DNA of 64,000 nt from a virus (taxonomy: Duplodnaviria > Caudoviricetes): positions 17,292 through 81,291 of IMG/VR virus record IMGVR_UViG_3300029959_000704, one strand, 5' to 3'. Positions 15,947-24,893 of this stretch are shown here, one piece after another. The notes under the pieces were generated by a model. That model was given only the letters and a program-made list of their open reading frames with translations. It ran no database searches and was not told the origin of the DNA. The position numbers and the translations under genes are program-made. Numbering within the stretch: the stretch's first letter is position 1; each line of letters opens with the position of its first letter.

Positions 15947-17179
15947 ATGGAGAAGAAAAAAATATCTGCAATAATGGTAGCAGACTCTATCAGTCCTCAA
16001 GGGCATAGGATTACTACCTTTCTATTAACATACCCAAGAATGGTACACAGTGACTTTATGTCTCATAGAATGTTCAGTAGAAACACTGCATCTTCCAGAG
16101 CTATTCCATTTGAGAAAATGCTTAAAATGGTAGTTGAGGATCCCTTCATCCCTATTGCATTTCAAAAGGACCATAAAGGAATGCAAGGTACTGAATATCT
16201 TGATCCCAATAAGAAAATCTCCTGGAATGAAATTTTTCCCATTATTATAGAAGCAATTAAAAGAAACTTCTACAATAAAGAGACAAATGAACTGAATCCA
16301 GAATGGGGAGATATTCTAGTCATATTTAACTCTACAGTAACTCCATTATTCATTCCTATGGAAAGACATGGAGGTTATACTCCTATTGAATGGTGGTTAA
16401 AAGTTAGAGATTTGGTAGTAAGTTCTGCTCTACTTATGTCTATAATGGGAGTAAGTAAACAACTTTGTAATAGATTACTTGAACCATTTATGTGGCATAC
16501 GGCACTTCTTACTGCAACCGAGTTTGATAATTTCTTTGAATTAAGATGTCCAAAGTATTTAGACCCATCTGGAGAATCTTTTAAGAGTAAAAAAGACTAT
16601 AGGACTAGTTCAAAATGGTCTTGTTGGGAAGGAAATGAAGATGATGTAACTGGTTGGTTAGAGTGTGATGACTCTCAAGCAGAAATTCATATACAAGCAC
16701 TTGCAGAAGCAATGTGGGACGCTATGAATGAATCTACTCCCAAAGAATTAAAAGCCGGTGAGTGGCATATTCCTTTTGGGGACAAGTTTGATATTCAGGC
16801 ATTTGAGGCTAATGAGGGAATAGAAGTTCCTTTAGAGCAAATACTAAGCTTAAAATTAAAAATATCAACAGCAAGATGTGCTAGATTATCGTATATGACT
16901 TTTGATGGGGAAGTTGATTATAAAAAGGATATTGAACTCCATGACAGGTTATTAGAAAGTAGGCATATGAGTCCATTTGAACATTGTGCTGTCGCCATGA
17001 GTGATACCGAGTATGAATTGTTCGTAAAAGGACGGGGAAAAACTTACAGATCAGGGGAATGGGAAACATACGACTCTGATAAACCTGACTACCAACTTCA
17101 CTTCAAACCTGAAGATAAAGGATGGTGTAATAACTTTAAAGGTTTTATTCCTTATAGATATTTGATTGAAAATAAGTAA
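15947..17179 (+). CDS. thyX: Flavin-dependent thymidylate synthase ThyX, phage type with insertions (start reassigned to ATG 15947)
   Basis: HSDFMSHRMFSRNTASSRAIP ThyX motif, KQLCNRLLEPF, STARCARLSY and HMSPFEH. Confidence 0.9.
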   Translation: MEKKKISAIMVADSISPQGHRITTFLLTYPRMVHSDFMSHRMFSRNTASSRAIPFEKMLKMVVEDPFIPIAFQKDHKGMQGTEYLDPNKKISWNEIFPIIIEAIKRNFYNKETNELNPEWGDILVIFNSTVTPLFIPMERHGGYTPIEWWLKVRDLVVSSALLMSIMGVSKQLCNRLLEPFMWHTALLTATEFDNFFELRCPKYLDPSGESFKSKKDYRTSSKWSCWEGNEDDVTGWLECDDSQAEIHIQALAEAMWDAMNESTPKELKAGEWHIPFGDKFDIQAFEANEGIEVPLEQILSLKLKISTARCARLSYMTFDGEVDYKKDIELHDRLLESRHMSPFEHCAVAMSDTEYELFVKGRGKTYRSGEWETYDSDKPDYQLHFKPEDKGWCNNFKGFIPYRYLIENK

Positions 17180-17181
17180 TT

Positions 17182-17529
17182 ATGAATAAAACATTGGAAC
17201 AAGAGATTAACTATGTGATTAATCCAGAATCTGAAACACTTTTAATATGCACAACTAAAACAACTAGACTAGAAATACATGCAGTAACTCTTCTAGAGGT
17301 AGCAGCTACAATTACTGATTCTTTTGGAAATATATATATGAAGTTTTCTATTTCTTTTGAGCATCTAACATCTGAAATTAATCATCAAATGACAGAAGAG
17401 CAACTTTATGAAAAACTTAAATATAATATACTCCGATGGGTAGTATTTGGTAAAACAGGTTCTACTATACTTTCCTTACAAGATGCAATAAAATGTGCAC
17501 GAGTACTTACTTATAATAAATGTCACTAA
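17182..17529 (+). CDS. Hypothetical protein
   Basis: ORF track. Confidence 0.6.
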   Translation: MNKTLEQEINYVINPESETLLICTTKTTRLEIHAVTLLEVAATITDSFGNIYMKFSISFEHLTSEINHQMTEEQLYEKLKYNILRWVVFGKTGSTILSLQDAIKCARVLTYNKCH

Positions 17530-17879
17530 TGGAAGAACAACTTATATCATTTGAAACAGCTAAAATAGCAAAAGACAAAGGATTTACTTATGCATATCAG
17601 TTTTATAATGCTAGTGGTAAATTACAAGACTTTGGTATGGTAGGGGGTTGGACAAATTGTAATGAGAAGAATTACGCAGCTCCTACTCAATCATTTCTCC
17701 AAAAATGGCTGAGGGAAAAGCATCAGATTCATATAGCGATTACTTCAATAAGTCAAGAATCTTGGCAATATCACGTTACTTTAATTGGAGAAAAACTTGG
17801 AGATAGATATGATGAAGATTATGTAACTTATGAAGACGCTCTTGAAGATGGACTTGTTAGGGCCCTTAAACTTATTTAA
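17520..17879 (+). CDS. Hypothetical protein of a recurrent Bacteroidota-phage family
   Basis: ISFETAK.AK.KGF...APTQS.LQKWLREKH...YEDALE.GL motif. Confidence 0.75.
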   Translation: MSLMEEQLISFETAKIAKDKGFTYAYQFYNASGKLQDFGMVGGWTNCNEKNYAAPTQSFLQKWLREKHQIHIAITSISQESWQYHVTLIGEKLGDRYDEDYVTYEDALEDGLVRALKLI

Positions 17880-17890
17880 TAATTAAACTT

Positions 17891-18208
17891 ATGAAAATAA
17901 TTATACGAAAAGTTCCATATAAATGTCCTATTTGTAATGGAGCAAAAGAAGTTCATCATACTTTATATGATACTGCATTTCATCCAAGAATGACTGCTGA
18001 CTCTACAAGAGTATCTTGTAAATCTTGCTATGGTACCGGACTAGTTTATGGAGATGAAAAAACTATTATGGATATTCCAGACGCACCTATGGGTGATGTA
18101 GAATCTACTGAATTCGATAAAAAAATCGACATTATTTTAGAAAAATTTGAAAACATATTAACTAATTCTGCTGAGGTGAGAAAACATCGTTTTACTACAA
18201 AGGATTAG
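17891..18208 (+). CDS. Protein with a DnaJ-type CxxCxGxG zinc finger
   Basis: CPICNGA and CKSCYGTG. Confidence 0.7.
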   Translation: MKIIIRKVPYKCPICNGAKEVHHTLYDTAFHPRMTADSTRVSCKSCYGTGLVYGDEKTIMDIPDAPMGDVESTEFDKKIDIILEKFENILTNSAEVRKHRFTTKD

Positions 18209-18228
18209 TATAACTAATAATTTAAATT

Positions 18229-18777
18229 ATGAATAGTTCCCCTAGATCTTTACTAGAGCTGTTGAGGCTTGTAGTAAATAATATTGATATTAAATCTCAA
18301 TTATCACTGCAAGCTACAGTGGCTGTACTTTTTTTAAGTTCTACTATAACTACCAAAGAAAAAGAGATTTTAGATAGTTACTTTTTAAGTAGTATTGCTA
18401 TCAATTATGCAAGTAATCATCCTGTAACTGGACTTGATAAAGGTGTTTTATCTTTTAAAATAAAAAATCTTGAAGAGGAACTACTTAGTAGAAAACGTTC
18501 TATAAAGAAATTTCCTTGGCTATTTGCATCCTTATTAGGATGTGCAGCAATGGTTTTTATCATAGGATTTTTCTATATAAAGACTATGAATTCTATCGCA
18601 AATATAGTTATTGATTACCATAAAAATAACTCTTGGGTTGCATTTGGATCTTTAGTAGTACTTTTCTTTAGTTATGTAAGTTTCCTTATTATGTTAATGA
18701 ATAATATGGGAAGATTACTTAAAAAACTTTCAAATTATATTGAAAAATATTTTGATAAAAAAGTTACAAAGTTATGA
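18229..18777 (+). CDS. Membrane protein with an N-terminal domain related to ORF 9784
   Basis: PRSLLELLRLVVNN...E...LDSY aligns with PRPIHILLKIVIDN...E...LDVF; two C-terminal TM helices. Confidence 0.65.
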   Translation: MNSSPRSLLELLRLVVNNIDIKSQLSLQATVAVLFLSSTITTKEKEILDSYFLSSIAINYASNHPVTGLDKGVLSFKIKNLEEELLSRKRSIKKFPWLFASLLGCAAMVFIIGFFYIKTMNSIANIVIDYHKNNSWVAFGSLVVLFFSYVSFLIMLMNNMGRLLKKLSNYIEKYFDKKVTKL

Positions 18778-19094
18778 GCATACAGACTAGATTTAATCAA
18801 GAACTTTATCTTGATGGTAAATTTCGAAATAAAGCTCAATTGGAAGAAGCTATATCAGATGCACAAGAAACTCTTGGTAAAATTCATACTACATTATCAA
18901 TGATGTCTATTTCGGAACCTTCTCATTTAGTTGAGAAAAATCAAGATATTGTATATGGTATTTCAACAAGAGTTTCTGAAATTCTGAGAGATTATAAAGG
19001 AATTAGTGAAGAATTATTTAAACTAGTTTTATACAAGGAAGCTATTGAAGCAGGTACTGCTACATATTATTCCGGTAAGTTAGAAGATCTTTAA
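18774..19094 (+). CDS. Hypothetical protein
   Basis: ORF track; ATGA coupling. Confidence 0.65.
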   Translation: MSIQTRFNQELYLDGKFRNKAQLEEAISDAQETLGKIHTTLSMMSISEPSHLVEKNQDIVYGISTRVSEILRDYKGISEELFKLVLYKEAIEAGTATYYSGKLEDL

Positions 19095-19110
19095 TCTTAA
19101 ACAATTAATT

Positions 19111-19338
19111 ATGAAAAAATTAATAATTTTATTACTGCTTTTAGTGCTAACTTCATGTAGCAATATTAATGAAGATAACACAAAAAAGTGGATAGAAAAT
19201 GCTCAAAAACCCATTCTTTGTAGACAATATGGTACAACAAACGGATTTAATCAAGTACTATATACACTTATAGATGCAGATGGAAATGTTTATTCTACTG
19301 GAAGGATTTATTTTAATTTACCAGATACTCTAAAATAA
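19111..19338 (+). CDS. Small lipoprotein
   Basis: MKKLIILLLLLVLTSC lipobox. Confidence 0.75.
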   Translation: MKKLIILLLLLVLTSCSNINEDNTKKWIENAQKPILCRQYGTTNGFNQVLYTLIDADGNVYSTGRIYFNLPDTLK

Positions 19339-19347
19339 ATAATTATT

Positions 19348-19509
19348 ATGAAAGAGGAAGAAAAAGAATCTTGTGTTAATTGTGGGAAATTAACACAATA
19401 TACAAAAAACACTCCCATTGAATTGAGGTATGATTACATTGAAAATGGAGGTCAACTTTGTACAGAATGTGCAAATAAACTTAATATTAATCATGGGAAG
19501 AGTAAATGA
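19348..19509 (+). CDS. Small Cys-rich protein (53 aa), not in ORF track
   Basis: MKEEEKESCVNCGKLTQY...GGQLCTECANK; two CxxC pairs. Confidence 0.65.
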   Translation: MKEEEKESCVNCGKLTQYTKNTPIELRYDYIENGGQLCTECANKLNINHGKSK

Positions 19510-19692
19510 AATGATGGTCAGACAGTTATTTCAAAATATGTCTGATTGCTATGCTGATACAGGTAGATTTGAAAAGATGGAAGTTATACAGAAGGACCTG
19601 TTATTCAAGCTATGACTGAAGATAGATTTGTAGAAGCTTTACAAGAGCTTACATTATTACCTAAAAAGAAACCTAAAACTCCAAAACCATGA
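19493..19692 (+). pseudogene. Frameshifted small gene (frame change near 19571-19577)
   Basis: Frame 0 MGRVNE...DTGRFE(K) stops at 19615. The -1 frame continues DGSYTEGPVIQAMTEDRFVEALQEL... to TGA 19692, which overlaps the next ATG (ATGA). Confidence 0.55.
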
Positions 19693-19907
19693 GTATATTA
19701 AGAAATATAGCTAAAAAAGGTGGACTTCTTTGGGCATTTGTAGCTATTATACCTTTCGCAACTATTGCTGGAAAGATATTTAGATCTCTTGCAGAACAGG
19801 GAGTGTGCATACCGGAATCAATCAGATTGATGATAGTAATTCCCCTCTTTTTAATTCAATTATTTGGATTATTTTTATTATTCAAATATAGAAATGAAAT
19901 CATATGA
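19689..19907 (+). CDS. Small two-TM membrane protein
   Basis: Hydrophobic segments; ATGA coupling on both sides. Confidence 0.65.
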   Translation: MSILRNIAKKGGLLWAFVAIIPFATIAGKIFRSLAEQGVCIPESIRLMIVIPLFLIQLFGLFLLFKYRNEII

Positions 19908-20182
19908 AAACAATTGAAGAAGCAGCACAAGAAATATTCTCAAAGAGAGCCAATCAGAGCAAATATGATATATCAAACGCGTTTAAAGATGGGGTAGCAT
20001 TTGCAGAAGAGTGGCTTAAAGTAGATGATGAGATGCCGCCATCAAGCGATGACTTATTGGCTAAGTCCCCTGAGGGCATTATTCACTTAACAAATTGGCG
20101 GCCCGCTTATAACATATTTTGTTGTCAGAATAAATATGAAAGTACGATTGGGTGGACTTGGCGACCTATTAATAGAAAATAG
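19904..20182 (+). CDS. Hypothetical protein (DUF551-like W..V.DE.P...W.W pattern)
   Basis: EWLKVDDEMPP...WTWRPI. Confidence 0.6.
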   Translation: MKTIEEAAQEIFSKRANQSKYDISNAFKDGVAFAEEWLKVDDEMPPSSDDLLAKSPEGIIHLTNWRPAYNIFCCQNKYESTIGWTWRPINRK

Positions 20183-20183
20183 T

Positions 20184-20555
20184 ATGAAAAATCCAAGAGT
20201 AGAAATAACACCATTTTTTGTTAGTGATAATACTTCAACAGATGGTTTTAACATTTGGAACAGTAGTACTTTATTTAAAGCAGCTCAAGGACTAAAGCCT
20301 TATGATTTACAATTAGCTGCTTTAGATCTTGATATTAACTTTGCTAATGCTAATACCATTTATAATTTTTTATTTCAAGCTAAAAGAGTATTAGAAGCTG
20401 ATTTAGACTACCCTATTATTCAAGCTCCAAGTGGGCGTATAATGGATGGTCATCATAGAATTATAAAAGCAATTTTAGAAGGAAGGACTACAATTAAAGC
20501 TGTTAAACTTCCAGTATTACCTAAGGCGGATAGATTTAACATAGAGGAGGAGTAA
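20184..20555 (+). CDS. ParB/Srx-like N-terminal domain protein (start reassigned to ATG 20184)
   Basis: YPIIQAPSGRIMDGHHRIIKAILEG matches the ParB/Srx DGxHR motif. Confidence 0.8.
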   Translation: MKNPRVEITPFFVSDNTSTDGFNIWNSSTLFKAAQGLKPYDLQLAALDLDINFANANTIYNFLFQAKRVLEADLDYPIIQAPSGRIMDGHHRIIKAILEGRTTIKAVKLPVLPKADRFNIEEE

Positions 20556-20557
20556 TT

Positions 20558-21085
20558 ATGGCAAAAATCGTAATAGATATTGAAAATTGTAAACAATGTC
20601 CTCTTTTTTATACAACTAATCAATATAGTACTGATGGATTCGATCGTATGGAGGATTGGATGTGTAAAAAAGCTAATAAAAAGATTAGAGGAGCTGTAGA
20701 ATGGCATGAAGAAAAGGATATTAAAATTCCTGATTGGTGCCCTTGTATAGAATCTACTACACCAAAAGATGCTACTCCTCAAGCATCTTCTAATATCTCT
20801 AATTATCATCAAGTTGTTCCGATGACTAGAAGAGAATTGAGAGAATATTATGATAAACTTAAAAAAGAAGATCTCATTGAAATGCTTATTGCTAACAATG
20901 CCGCTTGGAATCTTGTAAGAGATATAAAGCCTGCAACTACAGGTTGTATTCATACATGGTTTTCATTACCAAGTCTTCCTAAAGGAGTATTTGTATGGCA
21001 ATGTTTTTATTGTGGAGCCATAATGAAATCAAATGGAAGTGAGTGTCAAAGTGCAGCATCTTATTCAAATCTTTTAAAGAAATAA
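20558..21085 (+). CDS. Cys-rich hypothetical protein
   Basis: CKQCP...WMC...IPDWCPC and CFYCG motifs. Confidence 0.7.
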   Translation: MAKIVIDIENCKQCPLFYTTNQYSTDGFDRMEDWMCKKANKKIRGAVEWHEEKDIKIPDWCPCIESTTPKDATPQASSNISNYHQVVPMTRRELREYYDKLKKEDLIEMLIANNAAWNLVRDIKPATTGCIHTWFSLPSLPKGVFVWQCFYCGAIMKSNGSECQSAASYSNLLKK

Positions 21086-21086
21086 C

Positions 21087-21425
21087 ATGGAAAATGAGAT
21101 AATTTTAAAAATATCACTATTTTTAATAATATTGATATTAGTATTAATAGTGCCTTTAATATGGTCTACTAGAAGAATGTTTAAAAAACAAAGACAAGAT
21201 GAAAGTCTTTTCAAAGATAGATTATGGCCTCTTGCTGTAAATGCTGCTACTTTAGCAGAATGCACTGAAGCTTGGGATACTCTTGTGGAAAATTGTCTTA
21301 CAAAAGATAATTTTATTAAGGTAACTGTAGCTTATAGAGCAGATTATTATGCAGTAAAATTTTATTTAAAAGGTAAGCTAGATATATTAAAAAAATTAAA
21401 TAATGAAACTATTAGCAATAAGTGA
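21087..21425 (+). CDS. Membrane-anchored hypothetical protein
   Basis: N-terminal TM helix. Confidence 0.65.
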   Translation: MENEIILKISLFLIILILVLIVPLIWSTRRMFKKQRQDESLFKDRLWPLAVNAATLAECTEAWDTLVENCLTKDNFIKVTVAYRADYYAVKFYLKGKLDILKKLNNETISNK

Positions 21426-22140
21426 TATTCATGGGGAGCAATTTTGGATAAAAGTTGTTGAAGATGAAGATCCGGATATCTTAGTATTATTAGGAGATTA
21501 TTTTGATTCATATACTTTATCTGCTGCTGAACAATTATATATCTTTAATAAAATAATTGAGTTGAAAAAGAGACGTTCTAAAAAAGGTAAAAAAACTTAT
21601 TTACTAATTGGTAATCACGACTTTCATTATTTTCCAGAAATTGGTTATAATGGGACAAGTGGATATCAATTCAGAGCTAAAGCTGCTTTAGAAGATATCA
21701 TTAGACAAAATAGAGATCATTTTCAAGCAGCTTATCAGCATAATAATTATTTATTTACCCATGCTGGAGTTTCTAAAACTTTCTTAGATAATTGTTTAGA
21801 AGTATATGATGAGAAAAATATCGCAGATTTTATAAATAAATTATTTATTCAAAATCCTAAAGTATTTAAATTTAATGGCTTTAATTCTTATGGGGATGAT
21901 CCTTGTCAAACTCCTATTTGGATAAGACCAAATTCTCTAATAAGAGATACAAAAGATACTTTTTTATGGAATAATTTTATTCAAGTGGTAGGACATACTT
22001 CTATGGATGGTATTATAGATAAACTTTCTCCTGAAATAAATGATCACTTTATTTTCTTAGATGGTAAATCAGAACGAAGGTATCTTTTATTAATTGATGA
22101 TACTCAAAAAATAAATTTTTATGATAAAACCAACAATTAG
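21403..22140 (+). CDS. Calcineurin-like metallophosphoesterase (second copy)
   Basis: SDIHG, LGDYFD, GNHD, THAG and GHT motifs. Confidence 0.92.
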   Translation: MKLLAISDIHGEQFWIKVVEDEDPDILVLLGDYFDSYTLSAAEQLYIFNKIIELKKRRSKKGKKTYLLIGNHDFHYFPEIGYNGTSGYQFRAKAALEDIIRQNRDHFQAAYQHNNYLFTHAGVSKTFLDNCLEVYDEKNIADFINKLFIQNPKVFKFNGFNSYGDDPCQTPIWIRPNSLIRDTKDTFLWNNFIQVVGHTSMDGIIDKLSPEINDHFIFLDGKSERRYLLLIDDTQKINFYDKTNN

Positions 22141-22708
22141 ATTGATAATAGGAGTAATAGGTTCTGGAAAAGATTATGCTGCAGAACAATTTATGTTAGC
22201 TCATCCTAAACTAGAATATCTTATTCCTCATCATATCAAAATCAGTGAGAAGATGGTATTATTAGCTGAAAAAGTCTACCAAGCAGACTTCTCAACAATT
22301 GAGAAATACACTGAATGGAAGAAAATTCTTAAAAATCGTGAAGGCCTTGTCAGACTTGCTGAAAGTGCTAAAGATATTTTTGGAGAAGATTTTTGGTTAA
22401 ATCATACTTTAGTAGACATTGATAGAATTCTGCAAATGGAGACATCCAATTTGTTATGCCCGATCTTTGCTATATCAGACTTTAGATTTCCATTTGAATT
22501 TTATAGAGTTAGAGAGTATTGCCAACAGCGAAACATTAACCTTGAAATTCAATTTGTAAATTATAAATCGGATAGATACCAACTTAGAAAAGATCAACCA
22601 GGGGAACTATTAGCTATTTATTTAGTAGAAAATGGTTACAATCCTTCAATATGGACACCTCTGGAATTTAGTAATATCCTTAAAAATTATACAACCTTAC
22701 ATCCATGA
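22121..22708 (+). CDS. P-loop nucleotide kinase, dNMP kinase-like
   Basis: IIGVIGSGKDYAA Walker A, FGEDFW and ISDFRFPFE motifs typical of phage dNMP kinases. Confidence 0.75.
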   Translation: MIKPTIRLIIGVIGSGKDYAAEQFMLAHPKLEYLIPHHIKISEKMVLLAEKVYQADFSTIEKYTEWKKILKNREGLVRLAESAKDIFGEDFWLNHTLVDIDRILQMETSNLLCPIFAISDFRFPFEFYRVREYCQQRNINLEIQFVNYKSDRYQLRKDQPGELLAIYLVENGYNPSIWTPLEFSNILKNYTTLHP

Positions 22709-23133
22709 AAAAACTCTTAATTACAATTGCTCACAAAATTAAAAATGCAGAAGGAAACTTTTGGAGAGAAGCATACATGTTCGTTGAAGTTACCATTAAA
22801 TATGGTATAATCCATTTTCCTGAAGGTCTCACTATTGATGAAGAAGAGGCCAGAGCATACGCTGCTAAAGCAAAAATTCCACTTGCAACTTATCTTGAGA
22901 GATTCATTATGAATACTCCTGAGGTATTGGATGTTTGTAAGAAACATAGAGTTGGATATACCAGACCGGTAGAGCCAAAATCTCCGGATATTCCTACAAG
23001 TGCTGAAATTGAAGCACACAGATGGACTAAATTTATCATTTCAACATTGCATAAAAAGAAAGATTTTGAAAATGCAAAAAGAATTGCTAGATATGGTACA
23101 TTCCAATTCCCAAAACCTAAATCGGTTAAATGA
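22705..23133 (+). CDS. Hypothetical protein
   Basis: ORF track; ATGA coupling on both sides. Confidence 0.7.
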   Translation: MKKLLITIAHKIKNAEGNFWREAYMFVEVTIKYGIIHFPEGLTIDEEEARAYAAKAKIPLATYLERFIMNTPEVLDVCKKHRVGYTRPVEPKSPDIPTSAEIEAHRWTKFIISTLHKKKDFENAKRIARYGTFQFPKPKSVK

Positions 23134-24326
23134 GAGAAAGTTATTTAGAAACAATTCTTGAGGCCTCTGAGTCAGAAAAGAATATGTTACTATCCTGGGC
23201 TACAGGTGTTGGAAAAAGCTTAGCCGCTATTTCTATTCAAAATAAAATGGATGCTCAGTCCACTTTAATATGTGTAGCAGAAACAGCTCACATAAATAAC
23301 TGGATAGCTGAGTATAAAAAACATGGTTTTGAACATCTTTTAGCTACAACAACTATAATTTGTTACAGTTCCTTACATAAGTATCAACATTCAAGCTTTG
23401 ATTTATTGATTAATGATGAGTGCCACCATATTACAGAATTACGTGCCTCTTATTTTGATACAATAAAAGCTAAAAAAATAGTTAATCTAAGTGCCACCGT
23501 GCATTTTGGAGAGAAAATTTCCTTAGCAAGTTTATGGGGACCTTTGTATGAGCATATTGTAACTTTAAATGAAGCAATTGCAGTAGGTATTGTTCCACCT
23601 CCTACTATTTATTTAATACCTATGGAGCTTCAAAATATTGAGAGAGATTGTACAATTAATTTCCCTCGAACAAAAGAACCTACTTCTGAAGTAGAATGTA
23701 TTTATCCTCAAAGAAAGAATTTTATCTTTGGAGCTGAATACAAAAAGTCCTTAATTAAAATTAAGGCAACCCAAAGAGAATTATATACTTTCTATACTGA
23801 TCAAATGGCATATTATAAAGATAGATATCTTACTAATCATGCAATGTTTGATCAAATTAACTGGTTAAGACACGGCTCTGAAAGAAAAAGAGCTTTAGCT
23901 AATATGAAATATGAAGCTATTCAAAAGGTCGTAGAACTAGTTAATAAAAGAAGATATATTTGTTTTTGTGGATCAATTAACCAAGCTGAAAAACTTGGAA
24001 CTAATAATGTACTTCATTCTAAATTGACTAAAAAACAACAAGAAGGAGTAATTACAAAATTTCAAGAAGGTCAGTTTAACAGTCTTTTCGCAGTTGACAT
24101 GTTGAAAGAGGGTGTAAATTTAAAGGATATTGAAGTGGGCATTATTGCTCAATTAGATGGGAAAGAAAGGAGCTTTATTCAAAAAATGGGTAGAGCTCTT
24201 AGAAATCCTGTTAATCCCGAAGTTTACATTATCTATTTTAAAGAAACTCAGGATGAAGAGTATTTAAAAAATGTCCTTGCAGAAGTTAATCCCGATTATG
24301 TAAAAGTCTTAAATATATGGGAGTAA
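23130..24326 (+). CDS. Superfamily 2 helicase
   Basis: ATGVGKS (I), DECHH (II), SAT (III), EGVN (V), QKMGRALR (VI). Confidence 0.92.
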   Translation: MRESYLETILEASESEKNMLLSWATGVGKSLAAISIQNKMDAQSTLICVAETAHINNWIAEYKKHGFEHLLATTTIICYSSLHKYQHSSFDLLINDECHHITELRASYFDTIKAKKIVNLSATVHFGEKISLASLWGPLYEHIVTLNEAIAVGIVPPPTIYLIPMELQNIERDCTINFPRTKEPTSEVECIYPQRKNFIFGAEYKKSLIKIKATQRELYTFYTDQMAYYKDRYLTNHAMFDQINWLRHGSERKRALANMKYEAIQKVVELVNKRRYICFCGSINQAEKLGTNNVLHSKLTKKQQEGVITKFQEGQFNSLFAVDMLKEGVNLKDIEVGIIAQLDGKERSFIQKMGRALRNPVNPEVYIIYFKETQDEEYLKNVLAEVNPDYVKVLNIWE

Positions 24327-24892
24327 GGATAAATTTCGCACATTTGTCTAAATATGAGATAACTCAAAAAGAATATTATCTTGTATTAGCAATTCATGCA
24401 AATCCTAATTTTCCTCAAGCAGGAAGCCCTCAGATATTTCAAAATCTTATTGATAAAGGTTTCATAGTTTGTTCCAATTCAATGCTTAATTTAACAGTTA
24501 AGGGTCGAAAACTTATTAAACATACAGCATATGCAGTAGAAGATACTGAGTATACTGTATCTATTGAGGATTTGGCCACTAAGTTAAGAGCATTATTTCC
24601 GGAGGGAAAGAAAGGTCAAACTCCATATTATTGGAGAGGTAATAGTAAAGAAATTGAAGAGAAATTGACAAATTTCTTTAAAAAGAATCCTACTTATACA
24701 GAGGAGCAAGTCATTGCTGCTACTCAGCGATATGTAAATTCATACACTTCAACTGGAGATTTAACTTTTATGCAATTACTCAAGTACTTTATAGAAAAAG
24801 ATGGTAATAGTTCTCTATTAACATTCTTAGAAAACTATACAGAAGAGGAGGCAATTGTGAAAACCGGTGATTGGACAAGCAATTTGATATAG
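24317..24892 (+). CDS. Conserved crAss-like replication-region protein (possible initiator or helicase loader)
   Basis: N-terminal wHTH-like segment and LFP.GKK...WRG...AT.RYV...L.YFI.K motif; directly upstream of DnaB. Function is inference. Confidence 0.6.
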   Translation: MGVRINFAHLSKYEITQKEYYLVLAIHANPNFPQAGSPQIFQNLIDKGFIVCSNSMLNLTVKGRKLIKHTAYAVEDTEYTVSIEDLATKLRALFPEGKKGQTPYYWRGNSKEIEEKLTNFFKKNPTYTEEQVIAATQRYVNSYTSTGDLTFMQLLKYFIEKDGNSSLLTFLENYTEEEAIVKTGDWTSNLI

Positions 24893-24893
24893 T

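Noticed and set aside
20453-20953. 166-aa minus-strand ORF, and other antisense ORFs in the track (e.g. 6778, 7258, 7602, 15004, 22717, 31563, 35104, 41524, 56720, 59564, 61103, 62092)
   Set aside because: They lie opposite well-supported genes and have no motifs, so they are shadow ORFs.
13149-22708. T4-like tRNA repair system (kinase, phosphatase, phosphoesterase)
   Set aside because: No RNA ligase in the window, and the kinase looks like a dNMP kinase rather than Pnk.
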